NCBI GenBank assembly: GCA_976551045.1
Contig: CDPCPM010000056.1
Span: forward strand, 17,546,001-17,610,000
From: Glaucostegus cemiculus
Lineage: Eukaryota
Reading direction: 5' to 3'
DNA length: 64,000 nucleotides
Under the pieces are notes generated by a model. That model had not been told where the DNA came from. It did not search any database and was given only the letters and a program-made list of their open reading frames with translations. Position numbers and translations under genes: made by a program. Shown in pieces: positions 1 to 14,126 of the stretch. Each line of letters starts with the position of its first letter. The stretch's first letter is position 1.

Positions 1-424
1 TTTTCTGCCTAAATCTCTCTTGCTACCTCACTTTCCCACAATGTAACTCTCCAAAGGTACCTTTTCCTATTATTTTATTCTTGTTGGATCAAAGCACTTT
101 GAAATACCCTGAAATGTTTGAACAAAATGCATCCAGCCTCTAAAATCTGCAACAGCTCTCAATAACATCACAGGTGATCTTCTATTCCAAATAAATTTTC
201 ACACTATCACCATATCTCTTGATTTCCTTTCCTACTCAAAAATCTTTCAGACAGTTCATTGAGTGCATTCAAAGACTGGCCTCCATTGTATCGCAGAGTA
301 GAGGAGTTTCTGGATGGGGATCTAAGGATTCATGTTTTGAGTGAATAAACGTCTTCTCACCTCAGTGCTGAATTATCCTAAGGTGAAGCCTGAGATCCAG
401 ACTCACCAGAAAGCATAACTAATA

Positions 425-770
425 CAGTTAGTGTTGTTACCTCATGGCTCAAAGGAGCCTGCTTGGATCTGAATTTGGGTGTTGTCAGTGTGGAGTTTGC
501 ATGTTCTCTCCATGACCACATGAAATTCCACTGGGTACACTAGTTTCCTCCCACATCCTAAAGTTGTGCTGGTAGGATAATTTATTGCTGTAAGTTGCCT
601 CTTAATGCATGTTAATGGCAAAAAGAGTCAAAGGGCAGTATCAGGCAAGTATGAGAGAGAATGAATTCCATAGATACAAGGAAATAGGGGGAGTGGAATT
701 AGTACTAATGGGATTGATCACTAGGGAGTTGACGTGGATCCAATAAGCCAAATGGCTTCCTCTTCTGTTA
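425..770 (+). mobile_element. Old, degenerate V-SINE (HE1-like)
   Basis: Contains V-domain-like GTGTGGAGTTTGCATGTTCTC...GTTTCCTCCCACATCC, followed by a CR1-like tail. Confidence 0.7.
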
Positions 771-2169
771 TTAAAGATTAAGATATTCCCAGGATACTTT
801 CATTCAATCACCTTCAAAAATTTTCTGTTTCAATGAAATCACCGCTCATCACTAGGAAACGCACGCCTTGCTTATACAACCTCTCTTCAGAAAACGCCCC
901 ACCCTCATAGCAGAAATTTAATTTTATGAATGCCCATGGCAAATCTGCTAGGGCAAGGATTTATTTTCTTAGGTAGATGACCAAAACAGTACAATGCTTC
1001 AGGTGCCATATATATTTGTAGTAAGACTTCTTCATTCTTATGACTCAATTGCTTGTGATGAAAGGTTAGAGTTAGAATTACTCCTCCAATTTTTGATTGT
1101 GCCTGAATTTAATCACTCAGCCATGCCATCAGCTATTAAGAAGCTCAGCCCTGAAGTTTCATCACTCAACTACACACCATCTTTCTTTACTCCTTTCAAA
1201 TGTTCTTTAAAATTTACCTTTTCCACCAAGCTTTTGATCATTCGCCCAAATGCTGCCACTAAAGGCTCAAAGCCAAATTTTATTTCATTAGTGTTCTAGT
1301 GAAGTAGCTTGGGATGTTTCACCATGTCAAAGTGCAGTGTAGACACAATGCTTTGTTGTTTGTACTGGAAAGATGTGTATAATTGAGCCCATCTATTTTT
1401 ATGGCTCTTGCTGTCACCCTGACACTTCAAATCTTCATTCACATCTGCCAAATTACAGCTGTTGATGACATACAATGTGGCTCCCTTGCATGTTGTAATA
1501 ATGGAATTGTGAATAACTAAGACAAATGTGAATTGCTGATGATGTGTTGAAGTAACATATAGTTTCACTTACCATCAGTGTGTGCATTATGTAGGCGCAT
1601 CGTTAACATTGCATCATATTAACATACATTGTGTACTACTGCCACATTTGTACTAAAATAGTGTAGATTATTGACAGTGTGTCACTACACTAATATACGA
1701 CAACAACAACGTAAGATATATTTGTATTTTGTCTCAAACATTATTCTCCAAAGGTGCTTTTCAGGAGTGTTACCAAAAAGACATCAACAGGTAGGGAGCA
1801 TTTAGGTTCTCTTTCTCTGTGATCTTCACTAACACCACTTCTTGCTAAAACCCCCTGATCCTCCAATTATAGCTTTTTAGTACATCCCTCCTCCTTTCCT
1901 CTCATTAACACAATGCAGCTTCTGCACTTATGACCCATGCTCTGGAATTCGTTCTCTGAATATCTCCTCCTCCCTTTCATTGCATCAAATCGGTTTCATT
2001 GACTATGTTGTTGGTTGCATTGTCTAATTCAGCTTTTCCTTACTTCTCCATATGTTGCTTTGGGATGTCTTTGTATGTTAAAAATATTTTATTGTTGCTC
2101 ACAAAATGGAATTAGCTTAGTGTATTGTTATAGTACGAATGTACAGTATAAATTGCAACTTGAACAATC

Positions 2170-2290
2170 AAGTATAGATGCTGGAAATATGCAATAAAAA
2201 CAGAAAATGCTGGAAACACTCAGCAGATCCGGCAGCATCTGTGTAAAGAGAAACAGAGTTAACATTTCAGGTTGAAAACCCTTCATTGAT
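2170..2290 (-). mobile_element. Penelope-like terminal repeat fragment with a degenerate hammerhead-like core
   Basis: The minus strand reads TCAATGAAGGGTTTTCAACCTGAAATGTTAAC...CAGATGCTGCC...CTGCTGAGTGTTTCCAGCATTTTCTG. Same motif family as the copies at 23.5, 26.9, 45.0, 52.2 and 58.5 kb. Confidence 0.6.
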
Positions 2291-3109
2291 TACTTTATTA
2301 TTAACCAGTATTAATCACTGTTATTCTTATGATTCTAATGTATAGTGTAAACCACTGACACTGACATTCCTTATATATAGTGGAAATCATTGAAATTTGA
2401 ATTACATTCAGTATGAATCATCAGCATCCCCAGTCCTGAAATGCACTGTTTTAATGTACAGTATGAACCACTGATGTCATTAATGGATGAATTTTGCTCT
2501 CAGTTTTAAATAAAAGGTGCTAACTGTTGCTCCCCTGGGGAAAAGGATAACTTGTTTTCCATTCTGGTACTGTGGGTTCTGAGGTGGCTGAAGAGGCTAA
2601 TGTGGGAACTGCAGACTGATGAGACAGGAGGTGTTGACAGGGTGCACAAGCAGGTGGCTTGTGAAGTGATTGCTCCTTCCCACTTTTATATTGGTATTCT
2701 ATATGCTCCCAATGGATGGTCTTGAGATCCCAAGTGACCCTTCTCCAATTTTTGAGTGGTCATGGGCCAGGAATAACCCCCTCAGGAATCTGTGGGATAT
2801 TCCTCTTTTAATGTTTGAGGACATTTGAGGTCTTGTGAAAAAAGGGATTACAGGAACTAAACTAGATATCACTGGACAGAATACAGCACAAATCTCCAGC
2901 CTTCCAGCCCAGACAGGTCACATACAAAATTTGAGCTCTGACATCACTTTCATGTTTTCAGTGATCAACTGCTGCTAACTAACCTGCTGATGGTCTTTGC
3001 AATTCACGAATAGGGCCCAATTTCAAATGCAGGTAATTCAAGTTCAGGCAAGCTGGCACAGGATAATTTCAGTCTTCATCTCTTAAGGCAGAGTGACTTT
3101 GCAGATGCA

Positions 3110-3450
3110 TCTTTCAGAGGAAGTGATCCAACCCGTGGACAAGCAATATCTTTTTCCCACTGTTGAGCGATCCAGTACCAGAGGGTATGTATTTAAGGTG
3201 AGAAGGGGTAGGATCAGAATAGATGTCAGGGGGCACGTTTTTTACTCAGCATGGTGGATGTCTGCAATGTGTTGCTTGATAGGGTGGTGGAGGCAAATTC
3301 ATTGGGCCTTGGGGGGGACTTGGATGGACACATGAATGAGAGGAAAATGGAGGCATATGGAATTTCTGCAGCTAGAAGAGATTAGCTAAGTCGACACAAA
3401 TTGTGGGCCGAAGGGCCTGTTCTGTGCTATACTGTTCTACTGTCTTATGT
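3110..3450 (+). mobile_element. CR1-type LINE 3' fragment
   Basis: Translates to LFPTVERSSTRGYVFKVRRGRIRIDVRGHVF (CR1 ORF2 C-terminus) and carries the tail GGGCCGAAGGGCCTGTTCTGTGCT. Confidence 0.8.
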
Positions 3451-3454
3451 TCTA

Positions 3455-3520
3455 ATAAGGCTTTGAGCATATCCTTGAATCTCTTCTTCTGTCCACCTGG
3501 TAATCTGTGGGATGTTGCAC
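3455..3520 (-). mobile_element. RTE-clade LINE 3' fragment (probably continues at ~2540-2830, on the other side of the CR1 insertion)
   Basis: The minus-strand peptide PGGQKKRFKDMLKA resembles the RTE ORF C-terminal motif. Confidence 0.55.
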
Positions 3521-5439
3521 TGAAACTCTCTATAATTAGAAAATCATTTTGGTACAGCATTTTCTCAGGGCTTCTGGGATCTGTGTGAACAGGTCAAGCA
3601 ACTGCGCAACTCCATAACCATTAGAGTGACGATTCATTAATGGGGAGTGCAGAAACAGAGAACATGTCAGTTCTTTCAATGTCACTTCAGGTACAGAAAA
3701 AATTAAATCAGTTGCAATGCATCTTCAGTACATAAATAAAAGATATGTGTATGCAATCTTGAGCATGTTTACCCCAAATCATTCCTCATCAATATTTCAA
3801 GCAAAAACTTTGTTGCTAAATTTGGGGAAACTTAACTTTAATGGTGTAATTACTTTTATTCTGAGTACATATATTAAATAAATATGTTGAAATATTTATA
3901 CCTATATGAGAATGCATAAACATATTAAGGACTCCAGCACTGGGGAAGAATAAATATTCCATATGAGAAATATATCCAATTAATTAATGATAATCCTCTT
4001 TAAATATTAATGACTCCATGTCTCAGCACTACACACCTAAAACATTGGTCACTAAAATCAGTTGGAGACAATCCTAAAGTGATGGAAAGAGAATAGTCGG
4101 ATGAAATGGAGCAAATTTGGAAAAAAAAGATTATTCAGATTAGTGTCACCAGTAGTGTTTTGAGAAGTGACTGACTGATCCATCGTAATGTGGAAAGAGA
4201 TTAAATTTGATCTCTCATTAAATTCATCAATAACATTGGAAATTGAACCAGTGAAGAAGAGAGTGTAACTCCTGTTGGCAGGTGACATGGTTTGATGTGA
4301 TTATAGCCTACTAGAGGAGAAGGGGTGGTGGGGGACAGTGTACCAGCATTTATTTCAAAATGTCCAGTTTTGTGTAGATGGCTTCCAGACATTCAGAAAA
4401 AGATATTCAATTGCAAATCAATTATGCTTGTTCAAGAGGTTTGTTTAGCCACCTGTTTTCAGGAGTTTTCCAAACACATTTGTCAAATCTCAATCAGATT
4501 TCTCGATCGGAAATCAACTAAACAGGTGATATATTTTATCGAGGGGACCTTGTTATGTACTCTTCAGGTTGAGACACGTCACTCATGGGAATCTTAAAAA
4601 TGGATCTTTAATACCTTGCTTTTTATGCATTGTCAGCATGACATATTCCTAGGTCAGATGCATTTTGCATCATGTACTTATATACAGCTCCTAAGATGGG
4701 AAAAAGAACTGCTCCAGTCATATTCTACACATAAGCTGATGACACGCAAGTCTACAGTGACACCACCTCTCTCAAGTGCTCCACAATATCAGATTTGTCA
4801 TGCTCTCTGCTTGACGTCCAGTACTGGATTTAAAATGCTGAAGCAGGAATGTATGTCTTCAGCCTCTGCCAGAAATTCCATTTTCTGTCCATAGGTTCCA
4901 TCTTTCCCTCTGACCTGTAGTCTTAGGTTGAATCAGATGATTTGCAAATTCACTGATTTTTTAGCCCCAAGCTAAGCTTCTATCTTTATCTCCTCACTAT
5001 CACCAAGACTGTCCACAAACACCTCCATATTATTCCACTGTCTCAAAGGATCTGATCTGGAACCTTTATTTATAGTTTTCTTACCTTCAGAAATAAACAC
5101 CTCAAGTATTCTCCTGATCAGACTTTCAACTTACAACCTCTGTAAACTGGAGCTCACAAACAATTCCCCTGCCCCTACATTACTTCACACTATCTTGATC
5201 ATCCATTACCCATGTGTTTGGTGACTTACATTGCCTCAGATTCCAATGATGTCCAATTTGAAAATCCATGTGTTCAATCCCCACCATAGCTTTGAGAATC
5301 CCTCTATCAGCTCTTTCAGCCTAACATAAACCGAAGCATTCTCTGTTTCTCCAGTTCTGATGTCTTCACTATTTCCTTTGCCCATCATTGATGCATTGAA
5401 CCATTTAGGTCTGAAGATCTGAAATTCCCCCTAACTTAG

Positions 5440-6900
5440 TGATGGAAGAAAGGTCATTAATGAAACAACTGAAAATGGTTGAGCCTAGGACACTGCTCTG
5501 AGAAACTCCTGCAGTGATGGCCTGAGATTGGGATAATTGACTTCCAATGACCACAAATAGCGTCCCTTCTGCAAGGGATACTTTCCATCTGTTGGAGTGT
5601 TTTCACTTTGATGCCATTTGACCTCAGTTTTACTGGGGCTTCTTGATGCCACATTTATTTAAATGCCGCCTTGATGTGAAGGTAGTCACTCTCACCAAAC
5701 CTCTGGAATTCAGCTCTTGGTTCCATATTTCAACAAGACTGTGAAAAAGTCTGGAGCAGAGTGGTTCCAGGAAAATCCTAGGCATCAATCAGCAAGTTAT
5801 TAATGAGTAGGTACCACTTGCTAGCACTATCATTACCAATCTTCCATTATCTCACTGATGATTGAGTGTAGACTGATTACATGGTAATTAGTCAGAAAGA
5901 ATGTATCCTGCTTTTTCTGAATAGGCCAGTGTTGTAACTGTACTGGAACAGGTTGGCTAGAGACATGGCAAGTTTTGGGTTTTGGATCTTCAGTACTACA
6001 GCCAGGATGTTGTCTGGTCCCATAGTCTTTGCTGCATCCAGTGCTCACAGCCATTTCTTGAATATAATGTGCAGTGAATTAACTTGGAAGTCTGGCTTCT
6101 CTGATGGTGAGGATCTCAAGAGGAAGCCGAGATAGATTATTCACTAACAGAACATGGTTACGAAAGTCTCAATGTTATCTTTACCATTCACACGCTAGCT
6201 CCATCATGGCTGAGGAAGGGGATACTCTTGGAACCTCCTCCTGATATCTTATATATGGCTACAATGCACAGCTTGATATGACAAGACTACAGAGCTTTGA
6301 TCTGATCCCTTGGTTATGTAACTTTGTCTGTTGAAAATTGTCTTTTCTGTCTAGCATGCATAGAAGGCTATGTCAGAGCTTCATCACGTTAGCAGTTCAT
6401 TTTCAGGTTTACGTGGTGCTGCTCCCAGAACATCCTTCTGCATTCCTCTTGGAACCAGGGTTGAACCCCAGCTTGTTAATAATGGGAGGGATGCTGGGCC
6501 ATGACATTATAGGTTGTGCTGGTGTACATTTCTGCTGCTCATGATCCACAGCACCTCATGGAGGCCCCAGACTTTGAGTGGTCTAAATTTTCTGAATACA
6601 TCCCATTTAGAACAAGTGTTGTGCCACACAACACAATGGAGGGTTTCCTTGGTGCGAAGACCAGACTGTCTCCACACATTTGCACAGTGGTCACTTTGAC
6701 CACTGCTATCACAAACAGGTGCAGATGCTACAGGGAGACTGGTGAGGACAAAGTTAAGTAGGGTTATTATGTTGGTTCACTTTTTATATGCCACAACCTA
6801 ACTTGTCAACTGTGTCCTTTAGGATTAAACCAGTGGTGGTGCTACCAAGTCATTTTTAATGGTCAAACACAGCTACAATATATTCTGTGCCTTTGCTACT
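5440..6900 (-). mobile_element. Old non-LTR retrotransposon (CR1/L2 group) ORF2 remnant
   Basis: The minus strand at ~5455-5520 reads ITAGVSQSSVLGSTIFSCFINDL (RT GVPQGSVLGP motif). Related copies lie at 10.3-11.4, 56.2-57.2, 58.6-59.0 and 61.7-62.5 kb. Confidence 0.7.
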
Positions 6901-6903
6901 TTT

Positions 6904-7162
6904 GGGCGGCACGATAGCGTAGCAGTTAGCGCAACGCTGTTACAGCGCCAGCGATCAGGGTTTGATTTCCGTCGCTGTCTGTAAGGAGTTTGTACGTTCT
7001 CCCGTGTCTGCGTGGGTTTCCTCCGGGTGCTCCGGTTTCCTCCCACATTCTAAAAGACGTACGGGTAGGTTAATCTGGGGTGTTTAAAATGGGCGGCGTG
7101 GACTCGTGGGCTGAAAGGGCCTGTTACCACGCTGTAAATAAAATTTAAAAATTTAAAATTTA
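6904..7162 (+). mobile_element. Young tRNA-derived V-SINE (HE1-like)
   Basis: tRNA-like head GGCGGCACGATAGCGTAGCAGTTAGCGC, intact V-domain GGGTTTCCTCCGGGTGCTCCGGTTTCCTCCCACA, CR1-like GGGCTGAAAGGGCCTGTT end and an (AAATTTA)n tail. CpGs are retained. Confidence 0.85.
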
Positions 7163-7169
7163 AGATCCC

Positions 7170-8300
7170 ATAACTCTGTTTCACAGGACTCTACCTGGTT
7201 CAATCTTGCCACCACCCCAAAATGACAGGCCATGTGCTCACTAAAGCAAAACTGAGTCCTCTGAAGCAGATATCATCCCTGCTACAGTTCTAAAACTTGG
7301 AGGAGAACAGCTTCTCTTGGAAGTTAGCAGCTTTATATTCCTTATCCGGAAAGAGGAGGGCATGGCAGAAGATGACAGTGACATTGTAATTGTAACCATT
7401 TTCAAGAAAAGAAACAAATCCAATTGCAGTAACTATAGAGAGGTCTCCCTGCTGTCTGCCACAGGCAAAATCATTGAATGGTTCTTCATAACCACCTCTT
7501 GCCAGTGGCCTGAGAGCTACTCCCTAACTCATACTGTAGATTGTGTCCATCGATAGGTACCATGGACACAATCTCCACCACGCGATAACACCAGGTAAAA
7601 TACAGGGAACAGCATCAACTCTTATACATGGCCTTTTACAACATTACAAAACCTATCATCTCTATCGACTAGGAGAACCAGTGAAGAACCATTGTGAAAA
7701 TCACTGCCCTCAGAAATTCAAGTAATGCTGCAAGTAAGTTTTTCATTGCACCTGTGCATACATGTACCTGTGTATATGACAATAAATTCGACTTTGACTT
7801 TTATACCTGCCACATAATACTAACCAATAGATCCATTACAGACCCAATTCCAGTGCAGACTGGGGCCAGGTGAAACTGTTTCTTTGCTCCAACCCTCTTT
7901 TTGTCTTTATTGCACCTCACCTCCAACAAACCCCATGTCTGAATGAAACTAATTTGGGAGACAAATGGAAAACTGTTCAACCTACTTCACCTCCACTCGA
8001 GAACCAAGAACAAAGGTCTGCAAGGTATTCCTGGAAAACGAGCATCGTGTCCCACAACTTGGCAACACTTCTCAGCAAAGACAGGTATCAGTAACAAAGT
8101 TCACTACCACCTTCAGTGCACAAGTACAGTCTTTGGTTGTCTCAGGAAAAGGATGTTTGAAACCTGAACCTGAAACTCAGTTCTAGGCTAAGTTTACATG
8201 CCAGCAGTGATCCCTACTCCCTTGCACATTTCAGATACACAGTCTGTCTCCAATAGGCACCTTAAAACACTGCAGAGTTATCACCAAAACTGTTGCAATG
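7170..8300 (+). mobile_element. RTE-clade LINE remnant
   Basis: The peptide DIVIVTIFKKRNKSNCSNYREVSLLSATGKII matches the start of the LINE RT domain. Downstream ISNKVHYHLQCTSTVFGCLRKRMF is RTE-like. Many stops and frameshifts. Confidence 0.7.
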
Positions 8301-8603
8301 TTTATATTTACTCCAATTTCAAGTGCATCAAGAGTACCATACAAATTAACTGACACTTTTCTCTGTATATTGATGGAGTGCTGATTTTAACCACCTGCAG
8401 TTAAATAGAATACAACTGAATTAATACTGGTACATTAGTTAGCTGGGTAACTATGCACATAATGAACTCAAGCTTGCAATGGTACCTAATTCTCTTGTTG
8501 CCTCATGCACCTTCAATAAAAATTGGCTCCAATATAATTATAGGAATCTTATTTTACCCCAAACACTCTGAATTAATTCATTCTGGTTGACAGAGTGCCA
8601 TAC

Positions 8604-8698
8604 ATGTCCATCCAATAAGAGACCTGACAGCACTGTGGTTTTATATCTCAACTGAAAGACAGCACCTCTGACTGCTCAGCATTCCCTTATATTGCACT
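8604..8698 (-). mobile_element. Deu-domain SINE fragment (SacSINE1/AmnSINE-like)
   Basis: The minus strand AGTGCAATATAAGGGAATGCTGAGCAGTCAGAGGTGCTGTCTTTCAGTTGAGATATAAAACC resembles the Deu-domain core as recalled from memory. Confidence 0.6.
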
Positions 8699-9311
8699 AA
8701 CGTTTACAAATGTGTTTTAAGCATATTGAATATATATGACAAATATATTGAAGCAATGTCTGTGGGAACAACTAAATTCACAGAGCAGGCTATGATGATA
8801 AAATTACACAACACAACTCAAGAGCACACTGACATTAGTAACAAATAACAGTATGACATTATGGACAGAGCTCAAACTAAATGAGAAAATAACTGCAAAA
8901 GAGAACAAAAAAACTGAATGAAAGAAGAAAATGTTAGAAACATATAGCTCAACATACACTAAGTTCAATTCTTGAGGAATCACAGACATTTTTTTTTCTC
9001 TTTTGAAGCAGCTAAACAAGTCAACAATTTTTTTTCCATGGATACCACTCTAATATTCTTTCAAAGTCACTGTTTTTTCATTTCCATACCACTTCACACT
9101 GAGAGTCAGAGTATGCTTTGACAGGTTTCATTAAAGATTTCCAGTTTGACATGTGGAGACAGAACTGAAGCACCTTTCAATCTGCCTGACTTTATTCTTT
9201 AACACAGCTGGTTATCATCTTTTAAAATTAACTTTTTACCATTGTTTTTTTTGCCCTCATGGAAGTCATGTTAAAAAATATAGTTCAACAACAAAAAAGA
9301 CTTATTCTATT

Positions 9312-9640
9312 TAGAACCATAGAACAATCCAGCACAATATAGGCCCTTTGGCCCACCATGTTGTGCCGTCCATCAAACCTCACACTATCTAACTCTTTCC
9401 TCCCACATATCCCTCTATCCCACATTCCTCCATATGCCTATCCAACAATCTCTTGAACGTGTCCAACGTATCTGCCTCTACCACCACCCCAGGCAGCGCA
9501 TTCCATGCACCAACCACTCTCTATCTATTCCTCTCAATATTTTATACACCTCTATCAAGTCTCATCTCATCCTCCTCCTCTCCAACCAGTAAAGCCCTAG
9601 CACCTTAAGCCTCTCCTCATATTCCATACCCTCTAATTTA
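9312..9640 (-). mobile_element. CR1-type LINE 3' fragment
   Basis: Reverse CR1 tail (AGAACCATAGAAC...AGGCCCTTTGGCCCACCATG) and CCACCACCCCAGGCAGCGCATTCCA. Confidence 0.8.
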
Positions 9641-10279
9641 AGTTGAAAGGACTTTCTAAATAATTAATTAATATGTATGTTGTGTGTGTGGGGGCGGGGG
9701 TAGAAGAAATAGAGGCAGGAGAAGGCCCTATGATCATACAAACCTGACCTGCTATGCAATATCATGGCTGCTTCTGTACCTTGTCCATTTTCCCATTCAA
9801 ATCCATATGCCTTCAGCCTATCAAACAAAGCCTTCAGTGCAGTCAATAACTGATCATCTGAAGCTCTCCAGAGTACAGAATTCTAAAGATTTATGACCAG
9901 CTGCAGAAAGAAGTCTTTCCTCAATACACAGAATATTGGCAGCATTTTGTGTTTTTAATTCTCTGTCAGTCACTGGGTACCTACCATCAGGACAGACCCA
10001 CAGGATGAGGTGGCACGGTTTGAGTCCTCAGCGATGATTTCAGAAGTGTCAGGGGCATTAAAACCTCTTTCAGGTTTTCACCTATTGGCCTCCCCCAGCT
10101 GATGAAACACTACTCCTTCATGTTTAACAACAGTTGGAAGCAATATTTAAAGTGACAAGGTCACAGAATGTACTCCGGGTGGGGAAATTCAATATTCCTC
10201 ACCAAGAATGGGTTGGTTACACCACCACAGACCAAGCTGGTACAATCCTGAAAAATGTATCTGCTGGATTTGGTATGTG

Positions 10280-11400
10280 GCAGGCCGTGAGCAAAACAGC
10301 TTGAGCAATAAACCAACATGACCTCATCCTTACCAACTTACCTTTAGTAAATGCATCCGTCCATGATAGCTTTGATAGATGTGTGGATATAATGCATGTT
10401 TTCCAGGAACACTTTGTAGACCACATAGTCCCTGTGGAGACAGAAACCCACCTTCACATTGTGTATTGTGGCACTACACTTATGCTAAATGTGATAGATT
10501 CAAAAGAAATCTGACAACCCAATAATGGGCATTGCTAAGGCACGGTGGACCATCAGCAGCACCAAAAATGTACACCATCAAAAACTAGCATCATGGCCCG
10601 ACATATCAAACCAGGAGATCAACAAAGGTTCAATGGGATATACACAAAGGCATGTTGGGAGCAGAGCCACACAAACCTAAAAATGTGGTGCTAACCTGGT
10701 GGAGATGTAACACAGGACTACATGCATGCTAAACATCAAAAACACTACGCAATGGCCAGAGGTAAACAATCTCGCAAACAACCAATCAGACTAAGGTTGA
10801 GCAGGCAAGCCACATCCAGTCAATGACAGGGGTGGACAACTAAACATCAACAGGAGGGAGAGGATCCAAGAACATCCCCATCAACATTGATGGCTGAGCT
10901 CAATGCAGGACTTGTGAGGACAAGGTTTAAGCATTTGCAATCATGATTAGCTGGAAGTGCCTAGTGGATGATACATCTCAGCTTTCACTTGTGATTCCAA
11001 CCTTCACAGAAGTTATCTTCATCCAGCTCTATTCACTCCACATTATATCAGGTAACAGGTGAAGGTACTAGATACAGTAAAGGCTATAAGATAAGACAAC
11101 ATCCCAGTTGTAGTGCTGAAGATCTGCACTCCAAATCCAGCTGTGCTTCCAGTCAAGTTGGTCTGGCCAGTATTAATACAATAATGGCAAATACCTGACA
11201 ATGCTGAACACTGTCCAGCACTGAAAGAAGAACAAATCCATTCCAACTAACTACCAGCTAATTAGTCTACTCTCAGTTGTCAGCAAAGTGATGGAGTGAT
11301 CATCTCCAACAAGGAAGAGTCCAACCACCTTCCCTTGATGTTAAACGGCATTAGTATTGCCAGGTTTCCCACTATCACCAAAGGGAATTGAGTTAACCTT
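10280..11400 (+). mobile_element. Old LINE ORF2 remnant, same family as 5440-6900
   Basis: Reverse-complement similarity to 5.9-6.8 kb, e.g. ACATCCCAGTTGTAGTGCTGAAGATC versus GATCTTCAGTACTACAGCCAGGATGT. Confidence 0.6.
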
Positions 11401-11409
11401 GACTAGACA

Positions 11410-12270
11410 CCCAATTCTTAAGCAATCTAGGATGCACCCCATCTGGGCCAGGTGACTTATCCCCTTTTGTTGCACGTAGTCTTTCTAGTACCTTCTCTTT
11501 ATCAATATTTACCCCATCCTGAATATCAACTACAGTGTCCTTTACTCCTGCATACATGGCTGACCTATTAAGTAAACACTTAGTCTATCACCCATGGCCT
11601 CTGCCTCCCTGAATGGATTTAATTTGGTTTTCTGAACAACAAACCTCTCCTAGTATAATCCTTTTCCTGTTCATAGGAAAATGCCAGAATCCATAATTAT
11701 AGAAGTGATAACAACACTTAAAAATGCATAATGCATTTAAGAAGAGTAAACATGGCTTTGTGAAAGGAAAATCATGGTTTCTGAAAGGAAAAACATCTAA
11801 GATCAATTAGAATTCTTGTCAAGAAATGTAATGAATGGGGAGCAAATAGATGTAGCATAATTAGATTTCCAAAAGGCATTCCATAAGGTGCCTTAAAGAT
11901 ATTTAGGGCTGAGAATAATTTATGAGCCTGATTCAAAGTTTAGTAAGCAGACAGGTTAGGTGCTGGTGGGGGAATCTGGAACTGGAGGCAGTGTCTCTGG
12001 CTAAGGAGTTGGCATTTTAATACAAAGATGAGGTGGAATTTCATCTCCAAGAAGGTTGTGCATTTCAACCCTAGAGAGTTATTGACACTGAGTCATTAAG
12101 TCATCAAACATACTCAAGACTGAAACTGATAGATTTTTGGATTACATAGAACTTGAGAGTTACCAGAATTGGAAGGCTAGGGATCAAATCAACCATTATC
12201 TTATTAAATAGAGCAGACTGGCAGGCCCAGATGAACTACTGGTGCTCTTATTTCTTGAGTTCTTATGTTC
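11410..12270. mobile_element. CR1 fragments: minus ~11410-11680, plus ~11740-12270
   Basis: The plus part encodes HGFVKGKS and LDFQKAFHKVP (RT motifs) and ends in a CR1-like tail with TTCTTATGTTC. Confidence 0.65.
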
Positions 12271-12561
12271 AGTCAGAGCAGTTTCAATGAATTAGTAACA
12301 GAGAAGAGTTTTCAATTTTACCATTCCTTTGGACAAATTCCCCTACCCCCCCCAAAAAAATTTCATTGCTCACTGTGACATTCATGAAAGATGTTTTTCA
12401 TTATTCAGATTTATAATTAAACCTGTGCAACACTTCCATGAACTGGCAGCTGCAATAGCCAAATATTGTACTTGGGCACAATGAGCAAACTTATCTACTC
12501 ATGACTACTGATTACTGGGGAGGGGCCCATGTCACTGTAGGTCTTATTGCCTATGGAAACC

Positions 12562-12610
12562 TCAGAATCAGAATCAGAATCAGTTTTTATTGTCACAACC
12601 ATATACATAC
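12562..12610 (-). mobile_element. LINE 3' tail with (TCTGAT)n repeat, Rex1/Babar-like
   Basis: TCAGAATCAGAATCAGAATCAGTTTTTATTGTCA is the reverse complement of TGACAATAAA plus a short tandem tail. Similar tails occur at ~7700-7800 and ~57345-57430. Confidence 0.45.
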
Positions 12611-14062
12611 ATAGTATGCATAGGAGCGAGATACCGTCCTCCTCAGGTGCTCGTCCCATTAAATAACAACCAACAGAGACACACAGACACACTTAACAGA
12701 ATAAACATTAAAAAACATTAAACATTAAAAACTACAGAAGTTAAAATTAAATTAATACACAGATTAAATTATAGATGGCTTGTAAATAAATACATAGTTA
12801 TTAAAGTGAATGGGCTGGTGGCGGGCATTTAAAGTGCTGGTGCATTTCTGTGCACCTAGCATGGAAACCTGACTATACCTTATTAGTAATCTCCATGGTA
12901 ATATTAATTTATGTTGGCTTTCAGAATAAAATACCACAACATGATTACTTCCCAATCCAGAAAAGAAATATTCTTGTGAGTTAATTGAAATTCAGATAAA
13001 GTAAAAAAAAGATGTAAAAAGTAAAGCAAAAAGTTGTGAACTGTGAATTGTACCTGGGTAATTAGTTGGAAATGCTCTTCAGATAAGGCAGCAGGTCCAT
13101 GATCTCTTAAGTGTTACTTGTTCTGCAAATATTACCTGGGCTACAAAGTATTTCCAGTATTTTCTGCTTTTATTATAGTAAATGCATGATTTGGTGCAAT
13201 GGACTACCATTGTGAAAGCAAATTCATTTTGATGCAATGAACTCCTTACAAAAAGAAAGGTTAAAAATCAGAAGGAAAGGATTATGTTTTCCGGCTCTTT
13301 TCCAGTGAAAGGCTACATTGAGTGCTGGGCAGCCTGGGACTAGGTTGTGCCCATAAATCTGCAGTTGCAGAGATGTTCCTAGTGACTGAACTGAAACTGG
13401 AGGATAAACTAAAATTTTAACAATACCTACCTTATATTGATCTCTTGTTTAAACCATCAAATTATATAATTAAAAGCATTGTAAATTAAGTGCTTAAATG
13501 CGTGCACTGTGAATGAACAACAGTTTAATGCTTGATCTATTAAACCTGGCCATTTTGAAAGCCTGGTCGACATCTATCCCCATCGCCCATTCCCATTTAA
13601 CGTTAATAATCGTTTCCCCCTTTTTCCTCTTCCATAAAGCCTTGTTTGTGCTTAAGTTTCATGCATGGCTTACGGTTGTTTTTTCTCTACCAAGCTAAAT
13701 AATTTCTCATCGATCCAGTCTTTTTATTAAGTCTTGCCAGTCCAGCAGCTCTGCTTTTTCTTCAGATATCTTCAGGCCAATTGAGTCCAGACGCTGGCAA
13801 TCAATACTTTGGGAACCTTAAAGGTCGAGGGTCAATGAGGACTTTGACAAATGCGTCAAATGTCCTTGACTTTTCCAATGCTCAGCCCAACTTTGGCCTA
13901 TTCTGATCTATCACTGATTTGCCGGGCTTGTCATAAGAGCAAATTTTGTTCCATTGATCGCAAAATGAAGTCTTGAATATCTGACGTTGGAATACCCTGG
14001 TGCGAGGAGGCAATGGCTGATAGGCAGCGTATGTCACGCCAAACAGGCGTGAGATTTCAGCG

Positions 14063-14126
14063 TGAGATTTTAACCCAACGCACGTAAATTGCAATACTTT
14101 GAATTAGTGGTCACAATGTGTATACA
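14063..14126 (+). repeat. 64-bp direct repeat, copy 1
   Basis: 60/64 identical to 16131-16194, without gaps. Confidence 0.95.
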
